NCBI RefSeq assembly: GCF_004010195.1
Contig: NC_057718.1
Coordinates: 1,992,229-2,048,981, forward strand
DNA: 56,753 nucleotides
Origin: Chiloscyllium plagiosum
Taxonomy: Eukaryota
Direction of reading: 5' to 3'
Part shown: positions 10,660 to 23,914 of the stretch, piece after piece
How positions within the stretch are numbered: position 1 is the first letter of the stretch
How the letters are laid out: the number at the start of each line of letters is the position of its first letter
The notes under the pieces: model-generated
Databases searched by the model: none
The model's input: only the letters and a program-made list of their open reading frames with translations
Told to the model about the DNA's origin: nothing
Translations under genes and position numbers: made by a program

Positions 10660-12554
10660 TGACAACTCCATCGATTCAGACAGCAGATGCACCAGACAGG
10701 AACAAAGTCCTCCACTGAAACAAGCAAGAAACTGATTCATTAAAATCCAACACGGGACAGCTAGTTATTGAGGCTGGGGGAGGCTGGGGCACTGATGAGG
10801 GCATTAATTAAGTAAAGCTGGTAACCATTTTCCAGGGGAGAAAGGTGCTTTTGTTTGGAGGGGTGGAGGGGCTACCGATGACTTTAATCCAAGCGATTCC
10901 GTGTACATAAGGGAACGGTGATGCATTTCAAGCTGATCTATGCCCAAGTTGTTAATAATCACAATAATCTGTGGCAGATGGTAGTTAGTGGTGGTGCTGG
11001 AGTTTTAACCAAACTCAACCCAAGAATGCACTTCGCGTTTGAAATGCTTAATTTGGGAGTGACTAAAGAGATCTGGAGATGGTAAGATTTGGTGAAAGTT
11101 TGTATTCCTGTGTTGTTTTGCTCAGTGCCAAATATTCTACTCTGTAAACACCGAGATTAATAGCTGGCTGATAGCACCAGGAAGCGTGACTGAATGTTGC
11201 TGCTGTCTGCTCCTGTTGCGATCAGAGAATGATCAGCTCCTTGTGCTTCTCTTGCGAATGGTCAGGTGATTGGTGGTTTATGAGGAATCCGTACACGCCA
11301 CATCCTCCAGGATAACCTGTTTCTAAGATACAAGGAAAACAGAGGCAGCTGTGATTGGACCCAGTCTTGTAAATGAATAACTCTGAATGATTGTGTTTCT
11401 GACTGTGAGAAAATGAGTGATGTTGATGTGGGCTTGAGGAAGGTTAGTGATTTTGGAATGGAAAATCCTGGATCAAAGTATGAGGCTTTCTACCCTAAGT
11501 TTCTCAGCTTCAGATTGGATTATCCCAACTTGAGAAAATTTAGAAAGTTGTGTCTTTTCACCTTGTTCACTGTGATATATCCATCTGGTGGAAGCAGGCC
11601 ATTGTGTAACTCCACTGTATGACTCTGCAGCAATAACTGTGTATGTTCCCCTTCTGGACCGACGGTCAGTCTGGTTTTTACACCATCTCCAGCTGTGCAG
11701 CTCACAAACCATACAGGTGAATGGGGATCGACCCCCTCATTCACCCCTCTCTCGCCCCATTGCAGTTGTGTTGGCTGATACTCTCTGACCAGTCCCTCTG
11801 ACTGCAGTCATACTGTGCATTGACAGTGTTGTCCAGCCTCTCAGCTCAGCTCTCATCACACTGCGCTTGTGTATTGCAGATCCTTCAGTTTGGTCTCACA
11901 TTCCCATCCTGTCTGGGACGTGGGAGCAGAATTGTCGGGCCTCAAATGAGGGTGAAGATTGAGGGTATTTTTCAATGACATTTCTGGGCAAGTATGTGGT
12001 TGAGCATGTGCCCATCAAAGCTGCCTGTCAGTGACCTGCCCTGTGCTGCTGAAAGTCCTCTGGTTAGTCCAACCCCTACAATGGCCTGTACACTGCCCAT
12101 ATCAGTCCCAAGCAGGGGAGGAGGAGAGACCAAGCAAAATCCCAATGCTCGACTGTTTCCCCCTCCCACCTGGGCTGGGGGGGAGCGGGTGGGGCCTAGG
12201 AACAGTCCTAACTCCTGCTGTCCAATCCAATGTGAAATTCCAATCACCATAATCGCTTTTGTCTTCTTACCTGGAACAGTCTATCCTTGTTGTGTCAATG
12301 CAGGAGCTGCTGAAGAGTCCGGAATTGGAGCACTGTTTCTGGGAACATGCTGTCACACTGGCTAATGCAGAGAATGAAAACCCCAACTTGTCCCAGTTAA
12401 TAGCCCCCAGGAATAGAGAGGGACTTTATGGGGAACTGGTGCAATTATCAGGTTAATATCTGAGACACAATTAACCCAGACCATTGCAACATCCCATAGG
12501 TCCCGATTGGACAGAGTGCAGAGGGAATTCATGTTCCAACATAGTATTGACTTT

Positions 12555-12860
12555 TTATTCATTTGTGGGACCTGGGCTTCACTGGCTGGGCCCAGCATTT
12601 ATTCCCCATCCCTAGTTAATCGTTGAGAAGGTGGGGGTGAGCTGCCTTCTTGAACTGCTGCAGTCCACCTGCTAATAGTTGACCTACAATGCCCTGAGGG
12701 AGGGAATGCCAGGATTCTGACCCAGTGACTCTGAAGGAACAGCGATGTATTCCCAAATCAGGATGGTGAGCGGCTTGGAGGGGAACTTGCAGGGGTGGTG
12801 TTCCCATGTATGTGCTGCCCGTGTCCTTCAGGATGGGAGTGGCCGTGGGTTTGGAAGGTA
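12555..12860 (-). mobile_element. LINE/SINE 3' end (L2/CR1 group), antisense within the putative PTK2B 3' UTR
   Basis: Reverse complement of the 'cagcagttcaagaaggcagctcacc...aaatgctgggcccagcc' tail also seen near 1680, 29690 and 32100. Confidence 0.7.
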
Positions 12861-13843
12861 CTCACCGTCTATGGTATGTTTTGTCGTGAAAACCTCCCTT
12901 TCACGCATTCTTTAACAGTTGTCTCTTTTTATCTTAAACACAATAACTTGTGTTTTGAAAGTCCCGTTGTGTTGTAAAGGTAAGAGAGTGTGGGAAAGCT
13001 GAGATTTAGCCTCCTACAGTGACCTGGGGTAACTCCTGGGGGTCACTAAAGCCTGCATGTTGACTGCTGTTTTTGGCAGTGTGTGCGCTTCTTGAAATGC
13101 AGCTGTGCAGTCGATGCTTTGTGTCAGTGAGTTCCTGGATCTCTCAAAGTGCCGGTGAAGTGCTATGTGTCAGGGCCAAGTGGGACCCGACTGGTTTGTG
13201 AGAGTTAGAAACAGGAACTGACCACACCTGAGAGAGCTGCAGCAGCCTGGCTGAGAGAAGGACAGGATGGTCACTCTGCCTCCCTGCCAACTGTTGGATT
13301 CCGAATTCCATTAGTCCAACCAGAACCCAAGGACACAGCACTCACTACGTACCAATAAGCTTTGAGACATGAGCCCAGCTAGCTAGGATTGGGAATGGGA
13401 GGGGTTTGGGGCAAGGGAGGTAAGGAGTGTCTGACGCCATCAGCCAGTAAAACTCTGAAGCTGCATAGACCCCAAAGAAATGACCAGTAGAGTTCTTAAG
13501 AACATGCAATTGCACGACATGGGGAAGCCCTCCCAGCCAGTCTTTCCAAAGAACTGTCAGGTTTCACTCTGATCTCACAGTAAAGGAATTCCAGGAACAG
13601 GAGAATGAGTTGAGCAGTTTATTCTGTCAGAGGATTTCCACACTGGAAACGATAAACCAGCCAAAGATGTCAGGTTCCCAGGCAGTAATGTTTGACGTGT
13701 GTGTCTGCTCGACTCTCGCTCAGCACCCCTGGGCTTTCCACATGTTATCGCTGTCACGTGAATGAATGTACATGTCAGAACTGGAAGCTAATTGAACATT
13801 CGCCTGATTTGAGATGTGACGATGCTGTTTGGATTCTCACTAA

Positions 13844-13849
13844 AATAAA
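13844..13849 (+). promoter_or_regulatory. Probable PTK2B polyadenylation signal AATAAA (3' UTR about 3.2 kb)
   Basis: AATAAA followed by a T-run and a GT/T-rich downstream element, at the end of a mostly unique stretch after the stop codon. Confidence 0.55.
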
Positions 13850-14125
13850 TATTTTTTTTTCTAAAAGCGTGTCATTTATTTGTTATTGATCACGTTGGGT
13901 GAGATGTTTTACTCCCTTTGGATTTGAAAGTTGTGAGAGGGGGAGCACATGGAATAAACTGAGTGGCCTCCAGGCGACGTCCTGATCCCTGCCTTGCCCA
14001 GCTGAGCTGTGATTGGGTAAGGAACGGTTCCCTCAGCCTGCTCCACCATCCCCCTCCGGTCATCATTTCAACTAAACCTCACCAGAATTTGGTGCATCAG
14101 CTTGAATACTATGCTAACTTGGAGT

Positions 14126-15515
14126 GCCAGCACTCCCTCAGCACTGACCCTCTGACAATGCAGCACTCCCTCAGCACTGACCCACCGACAGTTCCGCACT
14201 CCCTCAGCACTGACCCTCTGACAGTGCGGCATTCCCTCGGCACTGACTCTCTGACAGTGCCCCCTCCCTCGGCACTGACCCTCTGACAGTGCAGCACTCC
14301 CTCAGCATTGACCCTCCCACAGTGCAGCACTCTCTCTGCACTGACCCTCTGACAGTTTGGCACTCCCTCAGTACTGACCCTCCGACAGTGAGGCACTCCC
14401 TCAGTACTGACCCTCCGACAGTGCGGTGCTCTCTCAGTACTGACCCTCCGGCAGTGCGGCCCTCCCTTAGTACTGACCCTGCAACAGTGCGGCGCTCCCT
14501 CAGTACCGACCCTCTGACAGTGCGGTGCTCCCTCAGCACTGATCCTACGACAGTGCGGCGCTCCCTCAGCACTGACCCTGCGACAGTGCGGCGCTCCCTC
14601 AATGCTGACCCTCCGACAGTGTGACACTCCCTCAGCACAGACCTTCCGACAGTACGGCACGCCCTGAGTACTGACCCTCTGACAGTGCTGCACTCTCGCA
14701 GCATTGACCCTCCGACAGTGCCCACTCCTTCAGTACTGACCCTCTGAGAGTGCGGCTCTCCCTCAGTACTGACCCTCCGACAGTGCACCTCTCCCTCAGT
14801 ACTGATCCTCTGACAGTGCAGCACTCCCTCAGTACTGACCCTCTGACAGTGCGACACTCCCTCAGCACTGACCCTCCAACAGTGCGGCACTCCCTTAGCA
14901 CTGACGCTCCGACAGTGTGGCACTCCTTCAGCACTGACCCTCCGAGAGTGCGGCTCTCCCTCAGTACTGATCCTCCGACAGTGCGACACTCCCTCAGCAC
15001 TGACCCTCCGAGAGTGCGGCACTGCCTCAGCACTGACCCTCCAACAGTGCGGCACTCCCTCAGCACTGACCCTCCGGAAGTGCGACACTCCCGCAGCACT
15101 GACCCTCCAACAGTGCGGCACTCCTTCAGCACTGACCCTCCGACAGTGCGGCTCTCCCTCAGTACTGATCCTCTGACAGTGCAGCACTCCCTCAGTACTG
15201 ACCCTCTGACAGTGCGGCACTCCCTCAGCACTGACCCTCCGACAGTGTGGCACTCCCTCAGCACTGACCCTCTGACAGTGCGGCACCCCCTGAGCACTGA
15301 CCCTCCGACAGTGCGGCACCTCCTCAGCACTGACCCTCCGACAGTGCGGCACTCCCTCAGCACTGACCCTCTGACAGTGAGGCACTCCCTCAGTACTGAC
15401 CCTCCGACAGTGCGGCACTCCCTCAGCACTGACCCTCTGACAGTGCCGCACCCCCTCAGCACTGACCCTCTGATAGTGCCGCACTCCCTCAGCACTGACC
15501 CTCTGACAGTGAGGC
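14126..15515. repeat. 33-bp minisatellite (CACTCCCTCAGCACTGACCCTCCGACAGTGCGG)n, about 42 copies
   Basis: Clear 33-nt period, which produces the repetitive 11-aa ORFs on both strands. Confidence 0.95.
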
Positions 15516-15929
15516 CCTCCTTTCGTGCTGCAGTGCCCATTGCTCTGTGATCTGATGTTGGGCTCCCGTAAAGCGTGAGAGTCTCCAGGGTTCTGTGTAT
15601 CTCCAATCGAATGTTTTATGATGGCCATGGGTTTGTCGTAACTGAGCTGGGCAGCAATTGAATTGGCTCCCTTTCTCATAGTGTTGCAGTTAGGAGGTGG
15701 GTGAGAGGAGGGGGTCACTGCCACATTACGGTGTTGCCATTGTCCTTGACAGTTGATGGTAAAGTTGGAGCCAGTGAGTGGGAGTGTGTTTGCGGTGTGG
15801 GGTCAGACCATGATGACCCCCTCCCTGTGCAGTGTTAACATTATTCAGCGTTGGGTGGAACAGTGCATTCTTGTTCACAGTTCAATTCTGAGTGAGTGCA
15901 AACTCAGCAGTTTGTTTTGGGGAACAGTA

Positions 15930-16274
15930 TCAGAGAAGTGACCACGGACGCAGCTATTTCAGTTTCAGTGACAGGAACCCTGCCCATTTCCTCTCCCATA
16001 ATTGACATGCACTTTGTGTAAAACAGAAAACTTTTGCAGTTTTTTTTCCCTTCATTTAAAGCCTTTAACTTGTGTAACTCCAGCGCTGCCCCAGAGTGAC
16101 ATTTCCCCTCCAGCTTGACATTAGCAGGAGAGACGAAAAAGAGAGATTTCAAACGTTGGAAAGAAAATTGCAGAAAGTTTCAGTTTTAAACAAAGAATGT
16201 CAGTAATAGGAGAGCAAATGGGCGGGTTCCCATCACTGAAACTGAAATAGCTGCTTCTGTGGTCACTGCTCTGA
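15930..16274. mobile_element. MITE-like element with long degenerate terminal inverted repeats
   Basis: tcagagaagtgaccac...gcagctatttcagtttcagtga...cccattt and aaatggg...tcactgaaactgaaatagctgc...gtggtcactgctctga are reverse complements. Confidence 0.6.
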
Positions 16275-16989
16275 CCCCTTTCTCCTTCCAACTCCTTGTC
16301 CCCTCCTACCCCCTTCCCCATCCTGTGCACAATTCCCCTTCACCCTCCCTTTACACTCCCCTGTATCACTGATTCCCCCACCACTCGGAGCTGAGTTGGG
16401 GAAGGTTGCTGGTGCTGTTTGTTGAATTGTCCCCTGGTCTTAGTGCCTCTCAGAACAGATACATTTACAGAATGATCCCACATGTGCTTTAGCCCCACTT
16501 AGCTGTCTATTTGCTCAGAGTCAATAAAGTGTGGAGCTGGAAAAGCACAGCAGGTCAGGCAGCATCAGAGGAGCAGGAAACTGGAGTCCTGATGAAGGGT
16601 CCTGTCTGAGACGGTGGCTCTCCTGCTCCTCGGATGCTGCCTGACCTGCTGTGCTTTTCCAGCTCCACACTTTATCGACTCTGACTCTCCAGCATCTGCA
16701 GAGCTCATTATCGCCAAGTCGCTCTGCTCAAACCATGGGGTGAGGCAGGTGGCTCTCTCATATTTATCCTTCTTGCAAACTCATTTCAATGACCTCGATA
16801 AGGAACCAAAATTTCCCATTTCATCATTCACTCCCTCTTAATCAGCACCATCCACTGACTTTGGTCATCTTCAGTAACCTGAGGGTGCAGCCAGGAGGTG
16901 CTGCAGCATCATGACAGAGACTGCCTCTCCCTGTGCCCCTCACTCTGCTGGTAATGTCACTCGATGGGTAATCCAGAAACCCTGTGCCA

Positions 16990-17410
16990 ATGCGCTGGCT
17001 GGATAGGCTGGGAATCCTCTCACCTTAGCGCGGGAGGCTGAGAGCTGACCATGTAGAGGTTTATAAAACCATGAGGGGTATAGGTAAGTTCAGTGTCATT
17101 TCCCTAGGGTGGGGAATTTCAAGTCTCGGGCGGGGGGGGTGGGTGCAGTTGTGAAGGGGGGGGTATTTTCAAGATGAGAAGAGAAAGATCTGAAAAAGAC
17201 ACTAGGGGAATTTGTTTATACACAGACAGTGGTTTGTGTGTGGAATGACCTTCCTGAGTAAGTGATGGATGTGGGGACAGTTACAATGTTTAAAAGACAT
17301 TTGGATGAGTCCATGAACAGGAAACGTTTGGAGGGCTGTGGGTTAGTAGCAGGTAGCTGGGACTAGTTTAGTTTGGGATTATGTACAGCATAGACTGGTT
17401 GGACCGAAGG
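16990..17410 (+). mobile_element. CR1 LINE 3' fragment
   Basis: Same 3' sequence family as the copies at 2860-3250 and 9370-9770. Confidence 0.7.
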
Positions 17411-17415
17411 CTCAG

Positions 17416-17724
17416 GTGGCCTCCAACGCATCTCGTCACCGCAATTTCCCTTCCCACATGGTTAAAGGTGCCCTCCAACGCATCTTGTCCACATCCCGCA
17501 CCTCCGCCCTCAGACCCCACCCCTCCAACCGTAACAAGGACAGAACGCCCCTGGTGCTCACCTTCCACCCTACAAACCTTCGCATAAACCAAATCATCCG
17601 CCGACATTTCCGCCACCTCCAAACAGACCCCACCACCAGGGATATATTTCTCTCCCCACCCCTTTCCGCCTTCCGCAAAGACCATTCCCTCCGTGACTAC
17701 CTGGTCAGGTCCACGCCCCCCTAC
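17416..17724 (+). mobile_element. Penelope-like element ORF fragment (RT C-terminal/linker region), truncated by a gap
   Basis: RTPLVLTFHPTNLRINQIIRRHFRHLQTDP...FLSPPLSAFRKDHSLRDYLVRS, typical of fish Penelope-like ORFs. Confidence 0.75.
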
Positions 17725-18004
17725 NNNNNNNNNNNNNNNNNNNNNNNNNNNNNNNNNNNNNNNNNNNNNNNNNNNNNNNNNNNNNNNNNNNNNNNNNNNN
17801 NNNNNNNNNNNNNNNNNNNNNNNNNNNNNNNNNNNNNNNNNNNNNNNNNNNNNNNNNNNNNNNNNNNNNNNNNNNNNNNNNNNNNNNNNNNNNNNNNNNN
17901 NNNNNNNNNNNNNNNNNNNNNNNNNNNNNNNNNNNNNNNNNNNNNNNNNNNNNNNNNNNNNNNNNNNNNNNNNNNNNNNNNNNNNNNNNNNNNNNNNNNN
18001 NNNN

Positions 18005-18252
18005 AGTCCTTGCCTTTCCAAATACATGTACATCTTGTCCCTCAGGATTCCCTCCAACAACTTGCCCACCACCGAGGCCAGCCTCACCGGTCTATAGTTC
18101 CCTGGCTTGTCCTTACCGCCCTTCTTAAACAGTGGCACCACGTTTGCCAACCTCCAGTCTTCCGGCACCTCACCTGTGACTATCGATGATACAAATATCT
18201 CAGCAAGAGGCCCAGCAATCACTTCTCTAGCTTCCCACAGAGTTCTCAGGTA
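18005..18252 (-). mobile_element. CR1 LINE ORF2 reverse-transcriptase fragment
   Basis: GEVPEDWRLANVVPLFKKGGKDKPGNYRPV. Confidence 0.9.
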
Positions 18253-18359
18253 CTTAAAAAACTTTAAAAAGAAGTTAAAAAGCTCAAAATGAGATCGCAG
18301 CAGCAAAGGCTTCTGTTCTACACAATATCTTTAAGACAAGACAGGGAGGCTGTGAGTAT

Positions 18360-18920
18360 GGAACACAGGAACTGGAGGAGGCCATTCAGCCCCTCAAATC
18401 TACTCCACCATTCAATGAGATCATGACTGGTCTATGTCCTCATTCCAGAGACCTGCATGGGCCCATTTCCCTTGAAACCCTTGCTTAATAAACATTTTTC
18501 TATCTTAGGTTTAACTTTAAGAATCAAATTAGCATCAGCCACCATTGTGGAAGAGAGTTCCAAACCTCTCCCACCCTTTGTGTGTGGAAATGCTTCCTGA
18601 CATCTCTCCTGAACGGTCTGGTCCTAATTCTCAGATTACGCCCCTAGTTCGAGAATCCCCAACCAGTGGATATAGTTTATTTTCATCTTCCCTGTTTTCT
18701 TCGTTAATATCCTGAAGACCTCAATTAGATCTCTCCTTAACCTTCTAAATTCTAGAGGATGAAGCCTAATTTGTCTCATCTCTCCTCATAATGTAACCCT
18801 TGAAGTTCAGTTATCATCCTTGCAAAGCTGTGTTGTACTCCCTCCAAGGCCAATCTATCATTCCGAAGGTATGGTGTCCAGATCTGCTCACAGTATTCCA
18901 ACTGGGGTCTACAGGATCAT
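18360..18920 (-). mobile_element. Old CR1 LINE 3' fragment
   Basis: Reverse complement of a CR1 C-terminus and 3' UTR (ggccattcagccc..., cagtattccaactggggtct). Confidence 0.65.
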
Positions 18921-21900
18921 GTCTACATTCCTGTGCACCTGCCCTCTAGATCTGAATGCCAGCGTTCCATCCAAGTCAGTACAAAGTGAGTGAGTGCCAG
19001 GAGGATGAGTGAGCTGCTGAGACACAGTCTGGGCCAGTCCATGAGCTGGTGCCTGTCTGTGTAGTGAAGACTCTGTGCTGTGCCAGGGCTGCCTGAGGTG
19101 CAGCATTGAAATGCAGAGCTACACGGGAAGGGAGGTGTCATGAGGAGGTGGTGAGGCTGGTATATGTCCAGTGCCAGGGTCTGTGGATGTGGGCTACGTC
19201 CATGTGCTCATTGCCAACAGTGCATTGCCTGAGAGGCTGGTGCAGGTGCCCAGAGGAACAAGGGGTGAGCTGGAGTCACTCAGTAACTGCTTGGGGGAAA
19301 ATCTCAGCGACTAGTTTCTATCCAGGGAGGTGGGAGAATGAAAAGGGGGAACACTGACGAGTTAAGACTCAGTAATAATGGTGGTGGGTGGCAGTTGGGG
19401 AGGTGGGGTTTAGAGATAAGCAATAACTCCCGTCAGTAAACCTCCTGAGAAGCTCACCTCGGGATTCGTTGGACAATGTGACTTGGTGCCTTTGGCAATG
19501 AACCATAAACATTCATGTTTATTTATTTGTCATGTCTGCTCCATAGAATTAATCTGCACAAGATGAAAATCTTAAGTAAGCTTCCTTCTTCCTCTTGACT
19601 AGATGTCCTACATCTCTTGTCGCCCAAGGTTCCTTACCCTACCATCCCTTCCTTGCCTCAGTGGGACAAACCTACCCAGAGAAACTGAGACAACTTCAAA
19701 GGGAGGAAATCCAACAAGAAAAGACTGAGGGCCACGGATCAACCATAAATGTGAAGGACAATCAACCTTTTATCAAAAACACCGTACCGTCATCACCAAA
19801 ACCCTAAGGTACTGTGTGATACAAGGTAACTCACCTTCAGATATTGAGTTCAGATCAAAGGTTTCCCTCTCTATATTCTTTATCTACCAACAATATCTGT
19901 TCAACCGTTCATCTGTGTCCTGTCTTAATTGTGACTGATGGTCTGTGTGTGTTCAGGGCTTTTAAAACGTATCATTTCTTACATCAGAGCAGATTCAAAT
20001 TTCTCGATTTTTACCACCTTTTCTTTTACAGCGAATTACTTTACAATAAGTTGCCTTATTTGCTGTTAAAGATGAAAGCTGGTGTGCATTGTTTTATGTC
20101 AGGCCGATTGGTCACCTTGGTGGTGTGAGAAGGATCTTGTACGTTTTGGGGTGGTTTGTGTGGCAGTGGGGCACGATTCACAATGTAACTCTTCCCATTC
20201 CATCGGTTCCCTAACGTCCTTCAGGGAGGGACATACAATATGGAACAGTATAGCACAGTACAGGCCCTTCGGCCCTTGATGTTGTGCTGACCTTTCATCC
20301 TACTCTAAGATCAAACTAACCTACATGGCCTTCATTGTACTATCATCCATGGGCCTATCCAAGAGTCGCTTAAATGTCCCAAATGTTTCTGACTCTATTC
20401 CCACCGCTGGCAGTGCATTCCACACACCCACCACTCTCTGTGTAAAGGACCTCCTTCTGACATCTCCCTTAAACCTTCCAACAAACACATTAAAATGACG
20501 CCCCCTTGTGATAGCCATTTCTGCCCTGGGAAAAAAGTCTCTGGCTATCCACTCTATCTCTGCCTCTCAACATCTTGTACACCTCTATCAAGTCACCTCT
20601 CATCCTTCTTCGCTCCAGTGAGAAAAGCCCGAGCTCCCTCAACCTTTCTTCATAAGACATGCCCTCCAGTCCAGGCAGCATCCTGGGAAATCTCCTCTGC
20701 ACCCTCTCTAAAGCTTCCACATCCTTCCTATAATGAGGCGACCAGAACTGAACACAATATTCCAAGTGTCGTCTAACCAGGGCTCCACAGAGCTGCAGCA
20801 TAACCTCGCAGCTCTTAAACTCAATCCCTCTGATAATGAAAGCCAACACACCATCCGCCTTCTTAACAACCCTATCCACTTGGGTGTCAACTTTGAGGAA
20901 TCTATGGACATGGATCCCAAGATCCCTCTGTTCCTCCACACTGCCAAGAATCCTGCCTTTAACCCTGTGTTCTGCATTCAAATTCAACCTTTCAAACTAA
21001 ATCACTCCACACTTTTCCAGGTTGAACTCCATCTGCCACTTCTCAGCCCAGCTCTGTATCCTGTCAATGTCCCATTGCAACCTACAACAGCCCTCCACAC
21101 TATCCACAACTCCACCAACCATCGTGTCATTGGCAAACTTACTAACACATCCTTCCACTTCCTCATCCAAGTCAGTTGTAAAATCACAAAGAGCAGAGGT
21201 CCCAGAACCGATCCCTGTGGAACACCACTGGTCAGTGAGCTCCATGCTGAATTCTTTCCATCTACCACCACCCTCTGTCTTCCATAGGCCAGCCAGTTCT
21301 GTATCCTGTATTCCATGCCTCCTTATGTTCTGAATGAGCCTACCATGGGGAACCATACCAAACACCTTGTTAAAATCCATGTACACCATAGCCACTGCTC
21401 TACCTTCATCAATGTGTTTTGTCATATCCTCAAAGAATTCAGTAAGGTTTGTGAGGCATGACCTGTCCTTTCACAAAGTTATGCTGACTATCTCTAATCA
21501 GAAATCCTGTCTCTCAGAATCCTCCCCAATTGTTTGCCCTCACCGATGTAAGACTTTCTGGTCTGTAACTGTGAGGATGCAAAGTCCATCGCCAAAGGTG
21601 CAGCAATCTCTTCCCTCACTTCCTTTAGTAACCTCGGGTATATCCCATCTGGCCCAAAGGACTTACCTATCCTCATGTTTTTCAAAATTTTCAGCACATT
21701 CTCCTTCTTAACATCAAGCTGTTCAAGCATATCAGTCTGTTTCACGCTGTCCTCAGAAACGACAAGGTCCCTCTCAGTAGTGAATACTGAAACAAAGTAT
21801 GCATTAAGGACCTCCCCTATCTCCTCCGACTCCAGGTACAAGTTCCCTCCACTCTCCCTGATCAGTCCCACCCTCACTCTGGCCGTCCTCTTGTTCCTCA

Positions 21901-21984
21901 TGTAAGTGTAGAATACCTTAGGGTTTTCCTTAATCCTACCCACCAAGGTTCTGTTGTAGGAAAGGTTTTGGAAAGGATTATAAG

Positions 21985-22430
21985 AGATAAGATTTATAGA
22001 ACAAAGAAAATTTACAGCCCAGGAACAGGCCCTTCGGCCCTCCAAGCCTGAGCCAAACCAAATCTACTGTCTAAACCTGTTGGTCAATTCCTAAATATCT
22101 GTATCCCTCTGCTCCCTACCAACTCATACATCTGTCCAGATGTATCTTAAATGAATCTACCATGCCTGCCTCTACCACCTCTGCTGGCAACGCGTTCCAA
22201 ACGTCCACCACCTTCTGTGTTGCCGCGTGTATTCCCCCTTAAACATTCCACCTCTCACCTTGAAAGCATGACCTCTCGTTATTGAATCCTTCACCCTGGG
22301 AAAAAGCTTGTCTCTATCCACCCTGTCTATACCCTTCATGATTTTGTAAACCTCAATCAGGTCCCCCCTCAATCTCCTTTTTTCTAATGAAATTAAACCT
22401 AACCTACTCAACCTCTCTTCATAGCTAGCA
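21985..22430 (-). mobile_element. CR1 LINE 3' end nested in the older CR1
   Basis: SYEERLSRLGLISLEKRRLRGDLIEVYKIMKG. Confidence 0.85.
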
Positions 22431-23110
22431 CNNNNNNNNNNNNNNNNNNNNNNNNNNNNNNNNNNNNNNNNNNNNNNNNNNNNNNNNNNNNNNNNNNNNN
22501 NNNNNNNNNNNNNNNNNNNNNNNNNNNNNNNNNNNNNNNNNNNNNNNNNNNNNNNNNNNNNNNNNNNNNNNNNNNNNNNNNNNNNNNNNNNNNNNNNNNN
22601 NNNNNNNNNNNNNNNNNNNNNNNNNNNNNNNNNNNNNNNNNNNNNNNNNNNNNNNNNNNNNNNNNNNNNNNNNNNNNNNNNNNNNNNNNNNNNNNNNNNN
22701 NNNNNNNNNNNNNNNNNNNNNNNNNNNNNNNNNNNNNNNNNNNNNNNNNNNNNNNNNNNNNNNNNNNNNNNNNNNNNNNNNNNNNNNNNNNNNNNNNNNN
22801 NNNNNNNNNNNNNNNNNNNNNNNNNNNNNNNNNNNNNNNNNNNNNNNNNNNNNNNNNNNNNNNNNNNNNNNNNNNNNNNNNNNNNNNNNNNNNNNNNNNN
22901 NNNNNNNNNNNNNNNNNNNNNNNNNNNNNNNNNNNNNNNNNNNNNNNNNNNNNNNNNNNNNNNNNNNNNNNNNNNNNNNNNNNNNNNNNNNNNNNNNNNN
23001 NNNNNNNNNNNNNNNNNNNNNNNNNNNNNNNNNNNNNNNNNNNNNNNNNNNNNNNNNNNNNNNNNNNNNNNNNNNNNNNNNNNNNNNNNNNNNNNNNNNN
23101 NNNNNNNNNN

Positions 23111-23914
23111 AAACTGCAGAATTGGGCTGAGTGGTGGCAAATGGAGTTCAATGTAGCTAAATGTGAGGTGATGCACTTTGGTAAGAATAACAGGAAGGCA
23201 GAGTACTGGGTCAATGGAAAGATTCTTGGTAGTGTGGATGTGCAGAGGGATCTTGGAGTCCATGTACATAGGTCCCTGAAAGTTGCCACCCAGGTGGATA
23301 GTGCTGTGTTAGGTTTCATTCGTAGAGGGACTGAGTTCCGGAACCGCAATATCATGCTGCAACTATACAAAACGCTAGTGCGGCTACACTTGGAATATTG
23401 TGTGCAGTTCTGGTCGCTATATTTCAGGATGGATGTGGAAGCATTGGAAAAGATGCAGAGGAGATTTACCAGGATGTTGCCTGGTCTGGAAGGAAGGTCT
23501 TATGAGGAAAGGCAGAGAGACTTGGGTCTGTTCTCATTGGAAAGAAGAAGGCTAAGAGGGGATTTGATAGAGACATACAAGATAATCAGAGGATTAGATA
23601 GGGTAGACAGTGAAAGACATTTTCCTAGGATGATGATGTCAGCTTGTACAAGGGGGCATAACTACAAATTGAGGGGTGATTGATTTACGACTGATGCCAG
23701 AGGCAATTTCTTTACTCAGAGAGTGGTAAGGGTGTGGAATGCCCTACCTGCTAATGTAGTCAACTCAGCCACATTAGGGAGATTTAAACAATCCTTGGAT
23801 AAGCACATGGATGATGATAGGATACTGTAGGGGGACGAGCTGAGAATAGTTCACAGGTCAGCACAACATCGCGGGCCGAAGGGCCTGTTCTGCGCTGTAT
23901 TGTTCTGTGTTCTA
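23111..23914 (+). mobile_element. CR1 LINE 3' portion
   Basis: MEFNVAKCEVMHFG...LEYCVQFW...RRLRGDLIETYKI...TRGH and a tgttct tail. Confidence 0.9.

Noticed and set aside
10440-10740. Minus-strand ORFs over the last PTK2B exon
   Set aside because: Antisense shadows of the real plus-strand exon.
14109-15724. Long ORFs (up to 506 aa) and a CRISPR-like or RSS-like appearance (GACAGTG resembles the CACAGTG heptamer)
   Set aside because: A contiguous 33-bp tandem repeat with no unique spacers, no nonamers at 12/23 spacing and no cas genes, in eukaryotic DNA.
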